DNA of 64,000 nucleotides from contig JBDGTS010000020.1 of assembly GCA_042216675.1 (NCBI GenBank), forward strand, positions 1 to 64,000, read 5' to 3'. The DNA comes from Halobacteriaceae archaeon. Its GTDB lineage: Archaea > Halobacteriota > Halobacteria > Halobacteriales > Halobacteriaceae. How positions within the stretch are numbered: position 1 is the stretch's first letter; the number at the start of each line of letters is the position of its first letter. Shown here one piece after another: positions 56,759 through 64,000 of the stretch. The translations under genes and the position numbers were made by a program. The notes beneath the pieces were generated by a model, which was given only the letters and a program-made list of their open reading frames with translations, was not told the origin of the DNA and did not search any database.

Positions 56759-58285
56759 ATGAACTCATCCGGCGGCGATTTCGAGAGGGGGGCACCGGAG
56801 AGTGGCGACGCGTTCCGGCGAGCGGTCGGCGATACCGTCGAGCACGCTCGGACGGTGATCGAGGACGGTCCCCACGACGCCACGTGGGACTCCCTTGAGA
56901 CACACGAGGCGGCACCGGAGTGGTTCCGAGACGCCAAGTTCGGTGTGTACTGCCACTGGGGGCTCTATTCCGTCCCCGCATTCGAGAGCGAGTGGTATCC
57001 GCGCTTCATGTACGACGCCGATCACGAGATTCACGACCGCCGTAGTCTGGACAACGACGTCTTCGGGCATCACGTCGAGACCTACGGTCCGCCCGACGAA
57101 GCGCCCTATCAGGACTTCGCCGAGGACTTCACGGCGGAGAACTTCGACGCCGAGACGTGGGCAGACCTCTTCGACGAGATCGGTGCGCGGTTCGCCGGTC
57201 CGGTCGCGGAACACCACGACGGCTGGTCGAACTGGGAGTCGGAACTCAATCCGTGGAACGCCGGCGACCATGGCCCGCACCGGGACCTGGTCGGTGCGTT
57301 GGAGACTGCTGTCCGGGACCGCGGACTGCGGTTCATGACCTCGTTTCACCACGAACGAACGCGGGACCACTTTCAGGCAGCGTACGAGCATTACCCGTCT
57401 GTCATGGCTGAGTACCCGGACGAGGTCATGTACGGAAACCTCGACGACGACCTGTACTTCGACTACTGGTTGGCCCGTCTAGTGGAAGTCATCGACGAGT
57501 ACGCGCCGGATTTGATCTGGCACGACGCGGGGTTAGAGAAGATTCCGGAGAGCCATCACCGCCAGTACCTCGCGTACTACTTCAACCGGTCAATACAGTC
57601 CGACCAGGAGGCCGTCGTCACCGCAAAGAACGAGGACTTGCCTCTCGGCGTCGCCGTGGAGGACTTCGAGCGTGGCCGACCCGCCGAACAACGCGACCGC
57701 CCGTGGCTCACGGACACCTCCATCACGACGAACGGGTGGGCCTATCTCGAAGACCAGTCTCTGAAGACGCCGCGGACGATCGTACACGAGCTGATCGACA
57801 TCGTCAGCAAGAACGGCTGTCTCCTCCTGAACTTCGCGCCCAGACCGGACGGGACTATCCCCGAGTCACAGAAAGATGTGTTGCGCGACGTCGGCGCGTG
57901 GCTGGACACGCACGGTGAGGCAATTTACGGGACGCGGCCCTGGACGACCTTCGGCGAGGGACCGACGAACTTGGATGGCGGGGGACACTTCCTCGACGAC
58001 GTGGAGTACACCGCCGCGGACGTCCGCTACACGCGGTCCAAGGATGCCGACACGCTGTACGCGATCGTGATGGGATGGCCGGCCGACGTGACCGTCAACC
58101 TCGATTCGGTCACCATCGACGATGGAGCGGACGGCGACGTGGGGCTCCTCGGGGGACCGGACGAACTCGACTACGAGAGTGACCGGGAGAACGGGCTGTC
58201 GATTACCGTGCCAGACCTCGACGCCACCGCGCGGCCCAGCGACGTGGCCGTGGTCTTCAAACTCGCTGGGTTCGGCGTGGCCTAA
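56759..58285 (+). CDS. Alpha-L-fucosidase (GH29)
   Basis: PEWFRDAKFGVYCHWG, AEHHDG, PDLIWHD, VSKNG.LLLN, GEAIYGTRPW. Confidence 0.9.
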   Translation: MNSSGGDFERGAPESGDAFRRAVGDTVEHARTVIEDGPHDATWDSLETHEAAPEWFRDAKFGVYCHWGLYSVPAFESEWYPRFMYDADHEIHDRRSLDNDVFGHHVETYGPPDEAPYQDFAEDFTAENFDAETWADLFDEIGARFAGPVAEHHDGWSNWESELNPWNAGDHGPHRDLVGALETAVRDRGLRFMTSFHHERTRDHFQAAYEHYPSVMAEYPDEVMYGNLDDDLYFDYWLARLVEVIDEYAPDLIWHDAGLEKIPESHHRQYLAYYFNRSIQSDQEAVVTAKNEDLPLGVAVEDFERGRPAEQRDRPWLTDTSITTNGWAYLEDQSLKTPRTIVHELIDIVSKNGCLLLNFAPRPDGTIPESQKDVLRDVGAWLDTHGEAIYGTRPWTTFGEGPTNLDGGGHFLDDVEYTAADVRYTRSKDADTLYAIVMGWPADVTVNLDSVTIDDGADGDVGLLGGPDELDYESDRENGLSITVPDLDATARPSDVAVVFKLAGFGVA

Positions 58286-58487
58286 GCGGGACCGCTCCGC
58301 CAGCGCCGCGGCCATTCGGACTCGACGGACGACCACCGGCTGGCGACCGGTTCCGAGACCGCCTGGACCGCAGATAGAAACCCTAACTGCTCAGGAGAGC
58401 GGGCCTAGTCCCGTCGCAGAGAGCCACAGCAGCGGGTCGCCGCGCCGCGTGACCCGCGTCGCTCCCGTCGGGTGAAGTCGCCGGCCG

Positions 58488-59957
58488 TCACTCGGAGCCG
58501 TACGGCCCGGCTCGGTCCGGCCACTCCTCGTGCGCTGGATTCTGCGCCGGGAACCGCGCGTCGACGTCATCTTGCCACTCGTGAAGCCGCCGTCGGAGGT
58601 CGTCGACCACCGCCGGGCGGTGGTCACTCAGGTCCCGCGCTTCCCGGACGTCCGCACCGAGGTCGTACAGGGCTACGTCGTCAGTCTCGAAGAACTCGAT
58701 GAGTTTCCAGTCCCCCGCGCGCACCGCCGCCGAGGGCGTTCCCCCCTGATTCCCGTAGTGTGGGTAGTGCCAGAAGACGGCGTCGCGGTCGAGGCCCACC
58801 GTGTCGTCTTCGAGCAACGGGCGAAGGCTCTCGCCGTCGATTGCTTGCCCCTCCGGGTTCGGAACGCCCGCCGCGTCGAGGACCGTCGGGTAAACGTCCG
58901 GACTGGTGACCGGCGTGTCCACCATCGCGGCACTCTCGCCCGCGTCTGTGACGCCCGGCCAGTGGACGATCATCGGCACGCGATTGCCACCCTCCACCAT
59001 CCAGCCTTTCCCTTCGCTGAGCGGCCGGTTCGTCGTTGGGGACCCCTCTGACGTCGCCAGCCCCCCGTTGTCGGACGTGAAGATGACGACGGTGTCGTCG
59101 GCCTGTCCCGTTCGGTCGAGGGCGTCCAGCAGGCGACCGACGCACCTGTCGAGCGTCTCGACCATCGCGGCATAGACGGGGTCCGACTGGACGAGGCGGC
59201 GTCGTATCCGCTCCTCTCTCTTGCCTTCCGTCGGGAAGCGACCACCGAGTTCGAACTCCTCGACCTCGTCGAGACCGAGCGCGCGTCGCTTTCGCTCGTA
59301 CCGTTCGACGAGGTCGTCGGGCGCCTGGAGGGGCGTGTGAACGAGGTACGGGCTGTAGTTGAGGAAGAACGGGTCGTCGCTCTCGGCGTGGTCTTCGACG
59401 AGCGTCACGGCCTCGTCAGCGAGTCGGTGGGGCAGATAGGCGCCGTCATCGGCGCTCTCGTCGAGATTCGGGATCTCCCACGGTCGAAAGTAACCACCTT
59501 CCCCGGCCGGCATACCCCACTCGCAGCCGCCGACGTTGACGTCGAAGCCGTGGTCCTCGGGCCGACTGTCCTGCGACGCGCCGCCGAGGTGCCACTTCCC
59601 GACGTGATAACGCCTGTAACCGGCGTCGCTCAGTGTGGCCGCGAGCGTCGTCTCCTCGTGCGGGAGGTGGTCCGAGTACTCGGCGTCGACTAGTTTGCCC
59701 CGGGCCGGATGGGTCCGACCGTGGAAGTCGATCCAGTCGGTGACGCCGACCCGTCCCGGATAGTTCCCCGTCATGATGCTCGCACGGGTCGGTGAGCAGA
59801 CCGGACACGACGCGTACGCGTCGGTGAAGCGCGTTCCGTCCCGGGCGAGTTGGTCGAGGTTCGGGGTCTCGTAAAATGGACTCCCGTAACAGCCCAGATC
59901 TCGCCAGCCGAGATCGTCCGCGGTGATACAGACCACGTTCGGCCGATTTGCGGCCAT
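58488..59957 (-). CDS. Sulfatase (S1, formylglycine-dependent)
   Basis: PNVVCITADDLG, CSPTR motif, GKWHLG, SDNGG, KG...EGG.RVP. Confidence 0.92.
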   Translation of the reverse strand: MAANRPNVVCITADDLGWRDLGCYGSPFYETPNLDQLARDGTRFTDAYASCPVCSPTRASIMTGNYPGRVGVTDWIDFHGRTHPARGKLVDAEYSDHLPHEETTLAATLSDAGYRRYHVGKWHLGGASQDSRPEDHGFDVNVGGCEWGMPAGEGGYFRPWEIPNLDESADDGAYLPHRLADEAVTLVEDHAESDDPFFLNYSPYLVHTPLQAPDDLVERYERKRRALGLDEVEEFELGGRFPTEGKREERIRRRLVQSDPVYAAMVETLDRCVGRLLDALDRTGQADDTVVIFTSDNGGLATSEGSPTTNRPLSEGKGWMVEGGNRVPMIVHWPGVTDAGESAAMVDTPVTSPDVYPTVLDAAGVPNPEGQAIDGESLRPLLEDDTVGLDRDAVFWHYPHYGNQGGTPSAAVRAGDWKLIEFFETDDVALYDLGADVREARDLSDHRPAVVDDLRRRLHEWQDDVDARFPAQNPAHEEWPDRAGPYGSE

Positions 59958-60357
59958 GTGCCCGACCCACCTCTGGGCCGCTGATAAATGTATGCCCAGG
60001 TGGCCCGAGCAGGGACGCGGGTTCGAGCCCCGAGCGAACCGTGCCCGAGACCGAGCGCGAGTCGCCACCGGCGGCCCCAGGACTTCGAGTGACGGACGAG
60101 CGCACGGCTCCCCGGGCCGAACCGACGATTCGGGGAGGAGGTCCGATGAGCGGCGATTCGAGGCACCGGACGCGACCCGCCGCGCACCTCGCGGCGACGT
60201 CGAGTTCGAGCGGGACAGTCTCGAACCGACCGACGCCGGGAGGCGGCAGCGTCCGGATGGACAGCCGAGGGACGGCTCCCGCGCCTGTCGCCCGGGTCCC
60301 CTGTCCATCGAATCGAACCGGAGAGGCTATGCAGTGGTGGCCTGTTACACGATGCCT

Positions 60358-61302
60358 ATGGACACGACGCTGATGCTACCCCCCGCCCCGGATCGGCGGT
60401 GGACGATCGCCCGACAACTCGGTATCGACACGGCAGTCGTCCGTTTCTGGGGGGTCGAGGAGTGGTGGACGTTCGACACGCTGTTGGAGACGCGCAACCG
60501 CTTTGCCGACCACGGGCTCTCCCTCGACGTGGTCGAGGACCGCCCGCCGATGGAACGGACGGTGCTCGGAGAGCCGGGCCGCGACGAGGAGATCGAGACG
60601 GTCAAACGGCTCCTCCGGAACATGGGGACACTCGGCATCGACACCTACTGCTGGGTGTGGACCGAGAACCCACTGGGTGTCCTCCGGACCTCCCGGTCCG
60701 TCCCGTTGCGTGGGGACTCCCGGACGACTGCCTACGACCACGCCCAGCAACAACTGGCCGACGACCACCCGGCAGCGGACCTCACCGAAGAGGAGCTGTG
60801 GGACAACCTCCAGTACTTCCTCGACGAGGTCGTCCCGGTCGCCGAGGAGGCCGGCGTGAACATGGCGCTCCATCCGGACGACCCGCCGACGTCGCCGATC
60901 CGCGGCGTCCCGCGACTGGTCACGTCCGTCGAGAACTACGAGCGCATCCTGAGCATGCACGACAGTCCCAACCACGGCGTGACGTTCTGTCAGGGCAACT
61001 TCGCGGCGATGGGGGCCGACGTTCCATCGGCCATCGAACAGTTCGGCGAGAAGATTCACTTCGTCCACTTCAGGGACGTGAACGGTGACGCCGACTCGTT
61101 CGTCGAAACGTGGCACGACGACGGCCCGACCGACATGAAGGCGGCTATCGACGCCTATCGAGATGCGGGGTTCGACGGGCCGATCAGGCCCGACCACGTT
61201 CCGAAGATGGTCGGCGAGCAGGACCGGGACGAGGCGATGGCCGGCTACACGGACATGGGCCGACTGTTCGCCGTCGGATACATCGAGGGCTTACTGGAGT
61301 AG
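60358..61302 (+). CDS. uxuA: Mannonate dehydratase (UxuA family)
   Basis: LWDNLQYFL.EVVPVAEEAGV.MALHPDDPP, FCQG, HFVHFRDV, RPDHVP, GRLFAVGYI. Confidence 0.85.
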   Translation: MDTTLMLPPAPDRRWTIARQLGIDTAVVRFWGVEEWWTFDTLLETRNRFADHGLSLDVVEDRPPMERTVLGEPGRDEEIETVKRLLRNMGTLGIDTYCWVWTENPLGVLRTSRSVPLRGDSRTTAYDHAQQQLADDHPAADLTEEELWDNLQYFLDEVVPVAEEAGVNMALHPDDPPTSPIRGVPRLVTSVENYERILSMHDSPNHGVTFCQGNFAAMGADVPSAIEQFGEKIHFVHFRDVNGDADSFVETWHDDGPTDMKAAIDAYRDAGFDGPIRPDHVPKMVGEQDRDEAMAGYTDMGRLFAVGYIEGLLE

Positions 61303-61427
61303 CCGAGACCGTCGCCGGCGCAGACCGCGTCGCGTCGTCTCCGTCGGGCGCCGGGCCGTGACTCTGGACCGCGACCGTGGCGCAGACGCCCCACACTCTT
61401 ATACGCGGCTTCGCGGATGGTCACGCC

Positions 61428-62312
61428 ATGGCTCCTTCGACTGTGGCCGTGACCGGCGGCAACGGGAAGATCGGACGCGCGGTCCTGCGGGATCTGGATG
61501 GCCACGGATACGAGACGGCGAACGTCGCACGCGGAAAGCGACGCGAAGACGTCTCGGACCAGTACGTCACGACGGACCTGCTCGACGCGGGCGAGACGTA
61601 CGGCGCACTGGCCGAGACCGGTGCCGACGCGGTCATCCACATGGGCACCATCCCGGGACCCCACGGCCACCCGCAGCACAGGACGTACGAGAGCAACGCG
61701 ATGAGTGCGCTCCACGTCCTCGAAGCCAGCGAATCGCTGGGACTGGAGGCCTGCTGTCTCGCGTCCAGCATCAACGCGATGGGCGCAGAACACCAGCAGC
61801 GACCGCCGGAGGTCGAGTACCTGCCCGTCGACGAATCCCATCCGCGCACGCCGGACGACGTGTACGGCATCGCCAAACACGCGATGGAAGTCACGGCAGA
61901 CGGCTTCGGTCGCCGCCCGGACACGGACCTCACCATCTCGTCACTCCGGTATCCGTGGGTCCCGACCGAGGAGGAGATGGTCGAGAGTATCGTGGCGGCC
62001 GACCGGTCGGCGGACACGCTCCCGGATCGCGACCCCTGGACCGGCAGCCACGTCCTGTTCTCGTATCTCCATCTCGACGACGCGGCGGCCGTCGCTCGGA
62101 GAGCTATCGAAGCCGAACACGACGGACACGAAGTGTTCTGGGCGACCGCTGACGACACCACGGCGACCGTCCCGACGGCGGCTCTCGCAGACGAGTTCTT
62201 CCCCGACGCGGAGGTCCGAGCGCCCCTCGAGGGCCACGAGGCGCTGTTCGACATCTCGAAAGCCGCCTCGATGCTCGGCTGGACGCCGAAACACAGCTGG
62301 CGAGACGACTGA
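61428..62312 (+). CDS. NAD-dependent epimerase/dehydratase family (extended SDR, uronate-dehydrogenase-like)
   Basis: VTGGNGKIG, ASS, YGIAK (YxxxK); TTATA about 27 nt upstream. Confidence 0.82.
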   Translation: MAPSTVAVTGGNGKIGRAVLRDLDGHGYETANVARGKRREDVSDQYVTTDLLDAGETYGALAETGADAVIHMGTIPGPHGHPQHRTYESNAMSALHVLEASESLGLEACCLASSINAMGAEHQQRPPEVEYLPVDESHPRTPDDVYGIAKHAMEVTADGFGRRPDTDLTISSLRYPWVPTEEEMVESIVAADRSADTLPDRDPWTGSHVLFSYLHLDDAAAVARRAIEAEHDGHEVFWATADDTTATVPTAALADEFFPDAEVRAPLEGHEALFDISKAASMLGWTPKHSWRDD

Positions 62313-62493
62313 GCGGAGCACCCACACCCTCGTCTCCCGACCGCGACGCGGTAGGGGGTGTTGAAAGACCGGGTCCACAGCCCGGGGCTCGCGCGTGAAC
62401 CGCCAGTCGTTCCCGAGTGCCGCAGCGGCGTTCGCGGTGGTCGAGTCAGAGGACGGCACCCGGCTTTATACTTCCATTGGCAGACGGTGACGC

Positions 62494-63303
62494 ATGGTCG
62501 GCACGACGCGGTACGATTTCGGCGGCGAATCGGCAATCGTGACGGGGTCGACGAAGGGTATCGGGCGAGGCATCGCGGAGACGCTCGTCGAACACGGGGC
62601 GAACGTTGCGGTGAACTCCCGAACGCCGGACGCAGTCGAGCGGACCGTCGAAGAACTCGGCGACGACGCCGACGGGCAGGTGATCGGCGTCCCCGCAGAC
62701 GTTGGCGACCCCGCGGGGGTCGAGAAGCTAGTCGGCGACGCCATCGACGCGTTCGGGGAGATCGACCTGCTGGTGAACAACGCGGCCATGTGGCCCCGCG
62801 AGGCGTCGATGATCGAGGCCGACCTCGACGACTGGGACCAGACGATGGCCGTGAACGTCCGGTCGCAGTTCTACGCGTCCAAACTGGTCGCCGAGCACAT
62901 GGTCGCGAACGAAATCGAGGGGAACGTTGTCAACATCACCAGCCAGACGGGCGACCGGCGCACCGGCCAGCGGGGGCTGTACGGCCTGTCGAACACGGCG
63001 GTCAACGGGCTCACCTGGCGGATGGCAGCCGACTACGCGGAGGAGGGGATTCGGGTCAACGCCGTGTCCACCGACGTCACGCGGACGTATCAGCTCCGGC
63101 ACGAGGCCGAGATGATGGCCGACGCCGACGACGAAGACCGAACTCCGGACGAGATACTGAACGACTGGGGGGCAAAACGGCCACTCGGTCGGCTCGGTGA
63201 GCCCGAGGACCTCGCGAACGCGGTCTGCTGGCTCGCCAGCGACAAGGCGGCGTACGTGGTCGGCACGATTCTCCGCGTGAGCGGCGGCGGGAATCTGATG
63301 TGA
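62494..63303 (+). CDS. Short-chain dehydrogenase/reductase
   Basis: TGSTKGIG, LVNNAA, YGLSN (YxxxN in place of YxxxK), GIRVNAV. Confidence 0.85.
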   Translation: MVGTTRYDFGGESAIVTGSTKGIGRGIAETLVEHGANVAVNSRTPDAVERTVEELGDDADGQVIGVPADVGDPAGVEKLVGDAIDAFGEIDLLVNNAAMWPREASMIEADLDDWDQTMAVNVRSQFYASKLVAEHMVANEIEGNVVNITSQTGDRRTGQRGLYGLSNTAVNGLTWRMAADYAEEGIRVNAVSTDVTRTYQLRHEAEMMADADDEDRTPDEILNDWGAKRPLGRLGEPEDLANAVCWLASDKAAYVVGTILRVSGGGNLM

Positions 63304-63396
63304 GGAAACACACAGCGTGGGAGGCGGGCGTACTTCGAGCGCGTGGGCAGACGGCTGTCCGTAGCGACGGGACAGAGAGACCCGGCCCGGCGACCG

Positions 63397-64000
63397 CTAC
63401 GGTTCGAGGAGGTGAATCGGGTGCTGTGTTTCTACGGCGAGGAGCGCATCGAGTTGCTCGGCGCAGGAGGTACCGCTGGCGACGACGGTCCGGTCGGGGG
63501 TCTCCGCCTCGAACTGCTGGGCTACCGTCTCCCCGACGTCCATGCTGAGTTCGTAGTAGTCGGACTTGTAGCCGAAGCTCCCGGCCATGCCACAGCACTC
63601 GACGTCGGAGGTCACGACGTCGTAGCCGAGATCCTCGAGGACGGTCACCGTGTATGGCTCCAGCCCGAGGGTGCGTTGCTGGCAGTGACTGTGGTACGCG
63701 ACGCCGGCCCCGTCCCCGTGCCGGAGCGATTCGGCGTCAGCCCCGTTTTCGAGCAGGCCGTACACGTACTCGAAGAGGTCGTAGCTCGCGTCGGCGAGTG
63801 CGTCGTCTGTCCCCTCGAGGAGTTTCTCGTACTCGCGCTGGAACATCGCGAGGTCGCTGGGCTCGACGACCACGACGTCGGTCCCGTCGGAGAGATACCC
63901 GTCGAGTGCGCCTCTGAGCGCAGTCGCCTTCGACTCCGCGGTGGCGACCATTCCTTGCGAGAGCGGCGCGCGACCGGAACCGCCGATGTCGGGCACGACC
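63397..64000 (-). CDS. Fe-S oxidoreductase, C-terminal CCG domains (LUD/GlpC/FAD-linked oxidase-like), 5' part outside the window
   Basis: GRAPLSQG, EPSD, YHSHCQQR, CCGMAGSFGY, GTSC.EQ. Confidence 0.75.
   Translation of the reverse strand, partial: VVPDIGGSGRAPLSQGMVATAESKATALRGALDGYLSDGTDVVVVEPSDLAMFQREYEKLLEGTDDALADASYDLFEYVYGLLENGADAESLRHGDGAGVAYHSHCQQRTLGLEPYTVTVLEDLGYDVVTSDVECCGMAGSFGYKSDYYELSMDVGETVAQQFEAETPDRTVVASGTSCAEQLDALLAVETQHPIHLLEP

Noticed and set aside
60015-60035. GGGTTCGAGCCC T-loop-like motif suggesting a tRNA
   Set aside because: No acceptor, D or anticodon stems can be built around it.

Overview
High-GC window from a halophilic archaeon (Halobacteria), judged from the acidic proteins, TATA-like boxes about 25-32 nt upstream of start codons, CPxCG mini-proteins and haloarchaeal gene families. 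1-26.3 kb looks like core chromosome: ppa, a degenerate DHH protein, an AP-superfamily phosphodiesterase, an 8-gene type IV pilus/Tad-like cluster, housekeeping enzymes, a radical-SAM-HhH protein and cimA. At 26.3-26.8 kb is tRNA-Ser(CGA), followed at its 3' side by three structured ~110-125 bp units that each repeat the tRNA 3' end. 26.9-30.1 kb is a heme-copper oxidoreductase operon with HGTQQ in place of HPxVY and an extra Glu in TM2, the signature of an eNOR-type nitric oxide reductase; it includes an unannotated 50-aa membrane gene. Next come a YeeE/YedE pair, four tandem SGNH esterase paralogues, and an assimilatory nitrite/nitrate reductase cluster with a GGAA-N6-TTCC palindrome. The rest is rich in carbohydrate-degrading genes (2x GH43, GH51, PL22-like lyase, esterase, GH29, sulfatase, UxuA, dehydrogenases) and also holds an orphan secretion ATPase and a frameshifted DUF21 gene. 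No CRISPR array, rRNA, integrase or transposase was recognised. All calls come from reading motifs by eye; no database searches were run.
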